From: Eledone cirrhosa
Lineage: Eukaryota
NCBI GenBank assembly: GCA_964016885.1
Contig: OZ024740.1
Span: forward strand, 71,424,001 to 71,488,000
Direction: 5' to 3'
Length of the DNA: 64,000 nucleotides
Under the pieces are notes generated by a model. It was not told where the DNA came from. It did not search any database and was given only the letters and a program-made list of their open reading frames with translations. The position numbers and the translations under genes are program-made. This document shows positions 12,122-23,900 of this stretch, one piece after another (the first letter of the stretch is position 1; each line of letters opens with the position of its first letter).

Positions 12122-15100
12122 ACAACTGGACGAAAGAATTGAATAGAACTGTTATGCAATGTTACCTGAAGAGTAACCCCAAGGAGAAAGGCTATAGGAA
12201 AAGGATGCATAACATCTGGAACGAGATTGGTCCATTTAAATTAGATGAACAAAAACTGGCCGAGCAGGCTCGGGTAATAAGAACTAATGGGTGGATAAGC
12301 GATCTGGAACTGGAGGAACTAAGCAGAGAGATTAGCTTGGAGATGGAGGGTGGAGTATGCCAGGCAAACGAGCCAGTGGGAAATGAAGGTGAAGAGGTCG
12401 AGAGAACGGAGGAACCACCCGAAACAGACAATGATCTGAATGCTGAGATAAATAATACCTGGAACAGAGATACGGCCACTGAGGAGATGAATGCTGACGG
12501 GCTAGGACAAGATTTGGTAGATATCCTAAACTTGGTGGTAGATGAATTGAACAATGATAGTGGGAGACCTATGAACCTAAGATTTGTAGACAGGAAAAAG
12601 TTAAAAGAAACAACAGCTAAGGTAAACAAAGTCATCCCATACCTTGAGGCAAGGAGCCTTCACCAGTGCAACAATATCCTCAAAGCAACAGCAAATACGG
12701 TGAGGAAACTACTTGGTATAAAAGCGAGAGGAAACAACAGACAAGAAAGAGCAGAGCCTTGGTGGAAGAAACGACTGAGTGGTCAAATCAGGGAAATGAG
12801 AAATGACATTGGAAAGCTTGAGTCCCTACTGAATGGGACACTAAAAAACATAGACACTAAAAATAGACTGGAAATAAAGTACAAAACTAGGAGGAAAAAG
12901 CTAAATATTATCATAGAGGAACTGAAGCAACGCATTGTAGCAAAGAGTGCAAAAATCAGGCGATACGAGAACAGAGTCAGCCAGTATAGACAGAACCGCA
13001 TGTTCGACAACAACCAGAAGATGCTGTTTGGACAGCTTGAAGGGAAAGAAAGAGGCAACGACTTGATCCCTGAGGCGGAACAAACTAAAACATTCTGGAG
13101 AGGAATATGGGAGCAGGATGTTAAACATAATGACCAGGCAGTGTGGATTGAGACAGTACAGAAGGAGATCAGGGAACAGGCACACCAACAAACTGATTTG
13201 AGTATCACAGTTGAAACTCTTAAGGGGCAGGCCAAAAAACTAACCAACTGGAAATCACCTGGCCCAGATGGTGTGCAGGGGTATTGGATTAAAAACATAA
13301 CATCCCTCCACCCGAAACTGACAACCATGTTCAATGACTGCTTGATGTCAGGTGAGGTACCAGAGTGGTTGACGAAAGGTACCACAGTTCTGATAATGAA
13401 AGACCGAATCAAGGGTAATGATGTTACCAACTATAGACCTATCACATGTCTGTCTGTAATGTGGAAACTGTTGACAAGCATTATGTCTGAGGAAATCTAC
13501 CATCACCTCCACACAAACAACTTGTTACCGGACGAACAGAAAGGATGCCTAAAGAAGTCACGTGGTACAAAGGACCAGTTACTTATTGATAAGATGGTAA
13601 TAAGGAATTGCAATGGGATGGATAGACTACAAAAAGCCATTTCACATGGTGCCTCATTCTTGGATCACCAAAAGCCTGGAGATCTTCAAGGTGGCAGATA
13701 ACATCAGACAGTTGTTGGGCAAAAGTATGAAGTCCTGGGAAACAGAGTTAACATCAACTGGAGAATCCTTGGGAAGCGTGAAGATCAAGAGAGGTATCTT
13801 CCAGGGAGATAGTCTGTCCCCTCTGTTGTTTGTCCTTGCCCTGATGCTCCTGACCAGTGTACTGCGAAAAGTGAGAGCAGGATACAGGTTGGGAAAGGGA
13901 GGGCTTACCATCAATCACCTCCTCTTCATGGACGATCTTAAGCTCTTCGGGAAGAGTGAGAAGGAGTTGGATGTGCTTGTTGACACTGTCCGTATTTTCA
14001 GCAATGATATATGTATGCAATTTGGTATTAGTAAGTGTGGAGTCATTGTGATGAGGAGGGGTAAGTTGAGCAGAAGTAACGGAATCCAGATACCAACAGG
14101 TGAGATGATAAAAGAAATTGACTCTGAGGAAGGATACAAGTATTTCGGCGTTCTGGAGGCTGATGACATCAAGAACAAAAAAATGAAGGAATTGATAAGA
14201 ACTGAATACCTTCGGAGAGTAAGGAGCGTATTAAAGTCACATCTGAACAGTAGGAATGCCATAAGTGCAGTAAATTCCAGAGCTATGTCTATTATTAGGT
14301 ACAGTGCGGGAATTCTGAGATGGAATGTTGCTGAACAAAAAGAAATGGATAGGAAGACTAGGAAGCTATTGACTATCTACAATATGTTACACAAGAGGAG
14401 TGATGTCGACAGACTCTACTTAAGGAGATCTGAGGGTGGAAGAGGTCTTATCAGCATAGAGGACTGTGTTCAGATGGAGAAAAACAACCTACACAAATAC
14501 GTGACTGATAGTAGGGAGCCAATGCTCAGAACTGTACTGAAGGAGGGGACAATAGGCCAGGGGATGTCCAAGGAGGAAATAACATCAAGGAGAAAGAGCA
14601 GCCTTCAGGAAAAATCCCTTCATAGTACCTTCTTTGAGAAAACTGAATTTAGAGATCCACAGAAGAGACCTAAAAAAGGCTACAGAAGGAATGTTAATGG
14701 CTGCGCAGGAGCAGGCCCTCAAAACGAAGTGGTTGAAACACCACATTTACAAGGAGGAGGCTAGCCCACTGTGCAGGATCTGTGGAGAGAGAGAGGAGAC
14801 TGTGGCTCACATTGTATCCGAGTGTAAACACCTAGCCCAGACTCACTATAAGGGCTGGAGACATGATGTGATGGGCAGGGTGATCCACTGGCACCTATGC
14901 AAAGTAAACAATTTATCACATTCTGAGAAGTGGTATGAGCATAAGCCAGAGGCGGTGATAGAAAACGATCAGGTGAAGGTGCTGTGGGATTTTAGGATAC
15001 AGACGGACAAGAAACTGGAACACAATAGACCTGACCTGGTGGTTTTGGACAAAGAAAAAAGATCGTGCCTGATTGTGGATGTGGCCTGCCCATTCGACAC

Positions 15101-15420
15101 GAGAGTGCAAGAGAAGGAGAGGGAGAAAATTAACCGATACCAGGACTTAAAGTGGGAGGTAAAAAGGATTTGGAACTGCCATGAAGTCAAAGTGGTCCCG
15201 ATTCTCATAGGCGCACTAGGGACTATCTCAAAAAGTTTCCAGGGATGGTTAAAGAAAATTGGCCCCTTCACGCTTTTTGGAACGATTCAAAAGGCATGCT
15301 TGCTGGGAACAGCAAGAACCCTCCGATACGTCCTGAATATCTGAGGCTGCAGGTAGTGGCTTGATATTCATCTCAACAAACTTTCCAGTTAACTAACATC
15401 AATGACTGAGACTCAAAGAG
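12122..15420 (+). mobile_element. Dong/R4-clade non-LTR retrotransposon (RT + CCHC + restriction-like endonuclease), slightly 5'-truncated, two frameshifts
   Basis: WTKELNRTVMQCY..KGYRKRMHNIW N-terminus, WKSPGPDG, YRPITCL, GIFQGDSLSP, LLFMDDLKL, CRICGEREETVAHIVSEC, NRPDLVV..IVDVACP..KINRY; no APE domain. Confidence 0.92.
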
Positions 15421-15433
15421 TAATAACAATAAC

Positions 15434-15476
<43 letters not shown>
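15421..15476. repeat. (AAT)n microsatellite
   Basis: Direct read. Confidence 0.95.
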
Positions 15477-15479
<3 letters not shown>

Positions 15480-16446
15480 GAGAAAAACAACCTACACAAA
15501 TACGTGACTGATAGTAGGGAGCCAATGCTCAGAATTGTACTGAAGGAGAGGACAATAGGCCAGGAGATGTCCAAGGAGGAAATAACAACAAGGAGAAAGA
15601 GCAGCCTTCATGAAAAATCCCTTCATAGTACCTTCTTTGAGAAAACTGAATTCAGAGATCCACAGACATGGAACTGGTTGAAAAGAGGAGACCTTAAAAA
15701 GGCTACAGAAGGAATGCTAATGGCTGCGCAAGAGCAGGCCCTCAAAACGAAGTGGCTGAAACATCATATTTACAAGGAGGAGGCTAGCCCACTGTGCAGG
15801 ATCTGTGGAGAGAGAGAGAGGAGACTGTGGTTCACATTGTATCCGAGTGTAAACACCTAGCCCAGACTCACTATAAAGGCTGAATACATGATGTGATGGG
15901 CAGGGTGATCCACTGGCACCTATGCAAAGTAAACAATTTACCACATTCTGAGAAGTGGTATGAGCATAAGCCAGAGTCGGTGATAGAAGACGATCAGGTG
16001 AAGGTGCTGTGGGATTTTAGGATACAGACGGACAAGAAACTGGAACACAATAGACCTGACCTTGTGGTTTTGGACAAGGAAAAAAGATCGTGCCTGATTG
16101 TGGGTGTGGCCTGCCCATTCGACACGAGAGTGCAAGAGAAGGAGAGGGAGAAAATTAACCGATACCAGGACTTAAAGTGGGAGGTAAAAAGGATTTGGAA
16201 CTGCCATGAAGTCAAAGTGATCCCGATTGTCATAGGCGCACTAGGTACTATCTCAAAAGGTTTCCAGGGATGGTTAAAGAAAATTGGCCCCGCCCCGCTT
16301 TTTGGAACACTTCAAAAGGCATGCTTGCTGGGAACAGCAAGAACCCTCCGATACGTCCTGAATATCTGAGGCTGCAGGTAGTGGCTTGATATTTATTTCA
16401 ACAAACTTTCCAGTTAACTAACATCAATGACTGAAACTCAAAGAAC
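15477..16446 (+). mobile_element. Second, 5'-truncated Dong/R4 copy (CCHC + RLE + 3' UTR)
   Basis: Near-duplicate of 14474-15420 with scattered substitutions; followed by (AAT)n. Confidence 0.92.

Positions 16447-16500
<54 letters not shown>
16447..16500. repeat. (AAT)n microsatellite
   Basis: Direct read. Confidence 0.95.
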
Positions 16501-16502
<2 letters not shown>

Positions 16503-16640
16503 TGATTTCTTTATTAACCACAAGGGTTTACATAAAGTAGACATTCAGGACAATACAGGACAATACAGGACGGTACAAATGGGCATTTCTGCGTGTAAAA
16601 AACAAAAACAGAGGATGTAACAAAAAAAATAACAATGAAA
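16501..16640 (-). mobile_element. Tx1 3'-terminal stub (~140 bp)
   Basis: TTTCTTTATTAACCACAAGGGTTTACATAAAGTAGACATT...GGGCATTTCTGCGTG is nearly identical to 6248-6375. Confidence 0.9.
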
Positions 16641-17230
16641 ATAATAATAATGAAATTGTGTACAGTGCTCAGGTGCACTACAACTCATCAAAAGTGTATG
16701 TATAGTACATAGAATAATGTTCAAATGTCAGGAAAATGAACATTGTACGAGTCATGAAATACATGTGTGCGTGTGTATGGGGAGGGGGACATCAGGTGCA
16801 GTGTTGGCGAATCTCAGGAAGCATGGAGGTTTTAAAAGAAGCAGTGTCTCGACAGCTAACAACTGATGCAGGTAGTTTGTTCCATGCTTCAGCAACTCTG
16901 AGCGTGAAAAAATGTTTCCGAAAGTCATGGGAGCTGTGCTGTTTTCTGACTTTGTAGGCATACCCACGTGTGTGAGACACATGGAAATCATAAAGGTGCT
17001 CAGGGTTGTTGTTGGAAAGATGGTTAATAATTTTGTGGGTGTTTACCAAGTCAGTTGCCAGACGTCTGAGCTTCAATGTATCCATGCCCATGGAAGCAAG
17101 GCTTTCAGAGTATGGTAGATGCCTGATGGAGGGTATTCGCTTGGTTGCACGTCTCTGAACAGTTTCCGGGAGGTCAATCTTCTGAGCAAGATAGGGGTTC
17201 CAGACTGGTGACGCAAATTCTAAAGGTCTT
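16641..17230 (-). mobile_element. 5'-truncated CR1-clade LINE with (ATT)n tail
   Basis: RPLEFASPVWNPYLAQKIDLPETVQRRATKRI...LKLRRLATDLV...RKHFFTLRVAEAWNKLP; 3' stem-loop AGTGC-N6-GCACT just before the ATT tail. Confidence 0.88.
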
Positions 17231-18145
17231 GATAAACGAGCAGCGGCTTAATCTTGCAGTCGCCGCTCACATTGGCACTCAGTGCGAGTGTTAGCCTTTC
17301 CTTCATGGGTTTCTGGCCTGGCATCCTCTTCTCCTCTGCCGTTATATAAGTCCTTCTTGGAATCTTCTTCCAAAAAATCCTGTCTCATCACAGTTGAAGA
17401 CTTGCTGGAGGGTGTATCCATCGGTTGCTATAATTCTGGCAAAAGTTTTGAGGTAATCCTCAGCTGCCTTCATATCCGCGCTCGCTGTCTCACAATGCCT
17501 GACAACTGAATGCGGGTCTTCTTTTTAAAATTCTCGAACCAGCCCCGACTGGTTTTAAACGGCTCGCCCGATGCCTCATCCGGCGAAGTGCCTGGGGTCA
17601 GCTGCAGAAAATCAGCGTAAATAGCCCCTGCCTTCTCACATATTATAACCCTCGTCACGGTATCTCCTGCGAGCTGCTTCTCTGTCAACCACACTATCAG
17701 CAGCTTTTCCATATTTTCATGGATAGATGTCCGCTGTTTAGAAATTATTTTAACGCGCTTTGCTGGCGTTCTAGTCTTTATCGACTCCTTTTGCTTCAGT
17801 ATTGTGCAGATCGTAGAAGTACTACGCTCGTACTGCTTCGCCAGGTCGACTACACGCACACCTTAGTCATGTTTTTCGATATTTTATTTCTTTAATTCAA
17901 TGCACATCATCCGCTTCTTCTTCTCAGCACTGTCTTTCGCGCTCACTTTCTTCGGACCCATGGGATACTGGGCGGATGTTACGGCATTCATTGTGGCGGT
18001 CGCTACGCCAACTAGCGGTGGGATATTTGAAGCTGGCTCGTAACCCGAATTTTAGCTCGCAACTCAAAGCAAAAAATCGGCCGAGAGACGGCTCGTATCT
18101 TGAAAAACTCGTTAGTTGGGACACTCGTAAGTCAAGGTACCACTG
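17231..18145 (-). mobile_element. Tigger/pogo transposon 5' half: TIR, HTH-psq/CENP-B HTH and start of DDE
   Basis: TA|CAGTGGTACCTTGACTTACGAG terminus at 18145; ATG at 17961 (MGPKKVSAK); STICTILK, FKTSRGWFENFKK, QVFNCDETG, ERLTL..ANVSGDCKIKPLLVY; contains stops and frameshifts. Confidence 0.9.
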
Positions 18146-18240
18146 TATGTGTATGAGTGTGTGTATCCCAGATTCAATCGGGGGTAACCACAATAAGTAA
18201 GATACTCAATACATAGATTATATACAATATTTAATATTGA

Positions 18241-18343
18241 AATGGCTTCTACAGGACTAGAACTGTTTCATTCAAAAGAAATCGTCAGAGCTTTCCTGAT
18301 GATCTCCTTCGAATGAAACAGTTCAAGTCCTGTAGAACCCATT
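18241..18343. repeat. ~100 bp palindrome with hammerhead-like core motifs (Penelope-type remnant)
   Basis: Arms 18241-18273 and 18311-18343 are near-perfect reverse complements; CTGANGA-N12-GAAAC-N7-GTC reads on both strands. Confidence 0.55.
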
Positions 18344-18346
18344 TCT

Positions 18347-18351
<5 letters not shown>

Positions 18352-18427
<76 letters not shown>

Positions 18428-18504
18428 AGCCCTTTGCCACGCATTTCGAAGATTGTGTTTCGTTATTTCGTGGGCCGAGATTCCGATTCTCGATAAATTA
18501 TTTG

Positions 18505-18550
<46 letters not shown>

Positions 18551-18561
18551 GATAAATCTAC

Positions 18562-18660
<99 letters not shown>

Positions 18661-18873
18661 TCAGCGAGAATCGCATTTCGGCGGGTAGAAAAAGCGAAAC
18701 GTAACGCAAATTCCGAGTCATGCTGGCAAGCGCTCCATGGGCTAGCTAAAAGACCAGAGCAATAAACATAGGTTATAAAGGCCATACAAACTGAGAAGGC
18801 GGTCAAGAAGCCATAAACCACCTAAGCCAAAAAACAAATCAAGCTAAACAGGCCAAACAAAATAAATGGCATA

Positions 18874-18913
<40 letters not shown>
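18352..18913. repeat. Cluster of (CT)n/(TA)n microsatellites
   Basis: Four long TA runs; these account for the YIYI-type ORFs. Confidence 0.95.
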
Positions 18914-18917
<4 letters not shown>

Positions 18918-20497
18918 CGCGCACGCACATATTTGTTTTGATGATTACAAAAAAACTTTCTTATCTTCCACAATATGACAACAAACCAAAAGCAAAACAC
19001 CATCATAGGAACAATGCAGAGATAAACTCAAGTATTTGTAAATAGATAATTTCCATGTTGCCTTGGTGATTTGCGATAATGTGTACAAGAGTACTGTTGT
19101 TTCTAGCTCAACTTCATGACTTGGCTTAGTACTTCACTTAGTGAAGTTCATTTTGTTCATTATTAATGTCTTTTTCCCAGTGAGAAAAGCAGCTACCATT
19201 GCTTTTGTGACATTCATCCCCACCTACATCAGCACAGAGTCTTCCTCATCATTACAAGGGGGTTTCTATGTAGTTGCTTGTCACATTAGATACGGCATCT
19301 GTATCTTTTTGTTGTGCAATGTTGTCCTCAATATAGTATACCTGAAAACAAAACAGTATGGTCATGTTTGGAATGCCTTTCATCATAAGTTCGCTCAATC
19401 AAATCTGGTGCTAAACAACAATATATGTTTCAGCATTGCTGAAATAGAGGTCAAATCTCCCTCAGATCACAGTGTGATCATCACACCTTACCGTCTTACA
19501 TAGGAAAGGGCACATTGAAGAATGTAGTCCTAGATATCCGTAAAAAGACGAGGGCGATAACAGCTGGAATGCCTGAGATCAGGGGTTTCAAACATGTGGC
19601 ACCATTTGAAACGAAAGATCTGTCCCCTAACAGCTTTTACTAATTCATAAATTCCACTTACTGTCATATGCGTGTTTATTTTGATGAAAATAAATAAATA
19701 AATAGCCGCCTATCAGTTGTATCACAGATTAGCATTATAACTAGTGGAAATCACACCTCCTACAATATTTCACTTTTGGCCCGCTGTGCCTCTTCCCCGG
19801 TATGTAATGGTCTTTTTAAGTTCTTGAGTTTGTAGCAGAATGATAGTCGTGGTCGCCAGTGTGGTAAAATGATGATATCCTCGTTGGATTGTCTTGTCGA
19901 CATAGACGCGAGGGAAGGTCCCTCGTCTATTTACCATCTTTGTATTTACAATATTCCTTCCGTCAGGTCGCCAATTCCAGCAGCATGGATTATATGTCAT
20001 TGAGACACGAGTAACATAATAATGATTTCAACAGCAGAAATTAGAGATGAAATGTATGTTTATTTTTGATGTAGCACAAACAATGTTTGTTAACTTATAT
20101 GGTTGAAGTTACACATAAAAAAAGGTTACAAAAGGGAATGTGCCATGGCGCCGGAAAGCCGGCAGGCTAAGGTGCAAAATCTCACCGTCACATTGTACAT
20201 GTTGCTGGTTCGAAGTTTCTGGTGCGAGAGAGAGTTTCTTCAAATCTTTTCGGGTAATTTCTCCCTCAGGGCGCGTAGGGATACATCCTCTTCTACTGGC
20301 GCTGATTGGCTGAACTGAGCCAAATCACGCACATAGAATGTATGTGAGCCCGCGGAATGTAGGTCACGACAAGTTTCAGACTCCTGTCTTAGATCAAAAT
20401 CTGATTTGGAGAAGCAGCAACAACAACAACAATCCATACAATATATATGAACCCTATTGCATCGACCTTTAAACCCTCTGGTAAAGTGTCTACCCAA

Positions 20498-20680
20498 TAA
20501 TTCGATTGGCAGTATCGGTAGAGGGTCGGACGCCATGCTTTGCAGCATAGAGATACATTCCTTTACGGTCTAAGTTCAAATCCCGCCGAGGTTAATTGCC
20601 TTTCATCCTAACGGGGTCGATAAAATAAAGTACCAGTAATGCCCTGGGATAACTGGTGGCCTGTGCCAAAATAAGAATTA
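20498..20680 (+). mobile_element. SINE family A
   Basis: TGGCAGTATCGGTAGAG A box, AAGTTCAAATCCC B box, Meta-like core. Confidence 0.85.
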
Positions 20681-20804
20681 TTTATATATATATATATATA
20701 TATTTATATGAAAACATGGCGTGCTGCGTGGTTGCAAATGGGTTACATATGAATAAATTTAGTCCTTCATCAGTGATCTTCCAGCCTTCATTGGTATTTC
20801 ATCG

Positions 20805-20968
<164 letters not shown>

Positions 20969-20970
20969 TA

Positions 20971-23900
20971 TGTCAGGTTGCTCTCGAGTGCTACTGGTAA
21001 CATGTAACCCAGTACTACTTGTCTCATGATCGGGTCGTCGGCGACTAAACCGGCAACCCCACTAAGCTTGCTTGGTGAGGAGGGTGATATTTGGACACCC
21101 TGTGGGATGAAATACAAAACCTGGCAAAGGACGGAGCAAAAACCATCCAAATAGTACTTTTTTTTTTTACCTGGGAGTGAGAGCCCCCCCCCCCCCCCCG
21201 TTGTTGCCACACCTTTCTAGGAGAGGGAAACTCTGAAAAAAAACCTGCGGCTTTGGAAGCATCCAATGATGTTGACCAGTTCTCCTTTTCGGGTAGTGCT
21301 TTCGATGTTCAGAGAGTGGGATTGGTCGTGTGTAAGGCCTTTCCCCACTTAAAAAACCTTCAAAGCACAGGAATCGCTTGTTCAGGATCAGTTACAGGTT
21401 TGTAGCAGGAGTTGCCTCCCTTGTTGTGACACTCACATCCCCAATAGATTAACGCTCTCTAGACAGGAAGTAGAACCCTTTCTGTAACTTCCGGTCAGAA
21501 CCCTATAAAACTAACAACGTTAAGCTCCCTATCTCTCATTCGCCTTTTCGGTCAGGCGCCTCCTGGCCTTCGCCAGGAGTCTTCACTCAGGCGTGTGTAA
21601 TCCTGGCAACCAAGCGGTAACTAATAACTTTGTTTCATTCTCTCATCTATTCATTGACATGTCAACTATACTGTTCTATATATCCACAAATTGTTTATTA
21701 AATATTATACACACAAACCACGTCTCCTTGTTACATTCATACACACTAGTATTTTGTTATAGGTTCGTGTGGCTGGCCGTAGCCTAAAAGTGCACCAAAC
21801 TCTATGATGACAGATGATAACCTTGAGGTCAATGGCAGTAAGGGCTCTGGAACTTATTGTGAAGGGGTCTGGCCCGGCAGGTGTTCCATGGCACCGCAGC
21901 GTGGGCCCGGTCGTCATCCTACAACTGCAAGGAGGTTCAAACCTCTGAATATTGGATGTTGGAATGTAAGAACTTTACTGGATTCCTAGTCCAGAAAAAC
22001 TCGCCCTGAAAGAAGATCTGCTTTGGTGTCGAGGGAACTCGATCGCTTTCAGAAACGAGATTGGCAGGTGAGGGTCAATTCACAGAACAGAAAGGGAGGA
22101 TATACCTTCTATTGGAGTGGAGGAGCAGAGGGTTGTAGGAGAGAGGTAGGGGTCGCATTTGCAGTCAGGAATGGAATCGTCTCAAAGCTGGAAAATCTTC
22201 CTTGTGGATTCAATGATCGGATAATGTCCATGAGAGTCCCTCTGATTCAAAACCGCTTTGTGACTCTGGTCAGTGTGTACGCTCCTACTATGTGTGCTAG
22301 TGATGATGAAAAACTAAGTTTCTACATGTCTTTGAGAGAGGTCATCCATGGTATACCTTATGCAGACAAGATTGTCATCCCTGGTGATTTTAATGCACGT
22401 GTTGGTAATGACTGGGAAGCTTGGAGTGTGATGGGCAGGCATGGAGTAGGTAAGTGCAATAACAATGGCCTACTTCTGTTACAGATGTGCACTGAGATGG
22501 ATCTTGTTGTTGGGAACACGCTCTTTCAGCAGAAAGACAAATATAAGACAACTTGGATGCATCCAGGTTCCAAGAAGTGGCACTTTATTGACTTCGTTTT
22601 AACGAGAAAACGTGATATCAGAGATATCACATTGGTTCGTGTATTGCGAGGCGCGGAATGTTGGACTGATCATCGTCTGGTGCTTGCCAAGTTTCAATTT
22701 ATTGTGAAGCCCAAAGTAAGGGGGAAGAAGGTTGCACTTCCAAAACAACTAAACGTGGCTCGTCTGAAAACAGAGAAAGTCAGAGCTGAGCTGTCGAGGT
22801 CCCTTGAGTCCATGGAATGTGAAAACACTTGGGAATCATTGAAGAAAACCGTCTATGATGTTAGTGCTGGAGTTTTGGGTCATACCAATAGAAAGCATAA
22901 AGACTGGTTCGATGAAAATGATCCAGTGATCCAGACCTTGCTTGAAGAGAAACAAAAAGTGCTGACATCATTGTTGTGTGAGACACGTTCTGACAGGAGT
23001 GACCGAACCTTCAGGCAGATCAAGGCACGTGTGCAACATCGATTGAGAGCCATGCAGGATACCTGGTGGAGCCAAAAGGCTGATGAAATCCAGAAGGCCT
23101 CAGGGAGGTGTATGGTCCGACCGGTTCACAAATATCACCACTTCGCTCCGGGGACGGCAAGAAATTGCTCAGAGATCCGAAGGAAATCCTGATCAGGTGG
23201 CATGACCATTTTGATGAGCTTCTCAACAGACCATCAGAAATTGATGATGAGTTCATCCGGTCGATTCCATCCAGACCTACAAAGCTAGCAATGGCTGATC
23301 CTCCTTCATTTGATGAGGTGGAGAAGGCCATTGCCAAATTAAACAGCGGCAAGTCACCTGGAAATGGATGGACTGAGTGCCGAGATTTTGAAGTGTGCTG
23401 GTGATAACTTCTTAAACCGCTTCACTGATCTCTTTGTGAATGTTTGGAATGAAGAAGATGTGCCACAGGATTGGAAAGATGCACTGATGGTGGTACGTTA
23501 CAAAGGAAAGGAAGCCAAAGATGACTGTGGCAACTACAGAAGTATTTCACTGCTATCAGTGGCTGGGAAGATCTTGTGCAAGATATTGTTGGACAGATTG
23601 ATACAGCACATTGCTGTTGAGGTACTTCCTGAGTCCGAATGTGGCTTTAGGAATGGCAAAGGTACTGTTGATATGATCATCTCAGCCAAACAACTTCAAG
23701 AGAAATGCATTGAGCAGCGCATGGACTTATACCAAGTTTTTTGTCGATCTGACCAAGGCATTTGACACCGTTAATCGGAAGGCTTTGTGGGTTATTTTAG
23801 AGAGATTGGGCTGTCCTGAAAAGTTTGTGATCATTCTGAAACTCTTCCACGATGACATGCAGGCATGGGTGAATATTGGAGGTAAACTGTCTGAGCCAAT

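Noticed and set aside
6206-16651. Regular repeats with spacers as a CRISPR-like array
   Set aside because: Eukaryotic context; the repeats are microsatellites and the spacers are kilobase LINEs.
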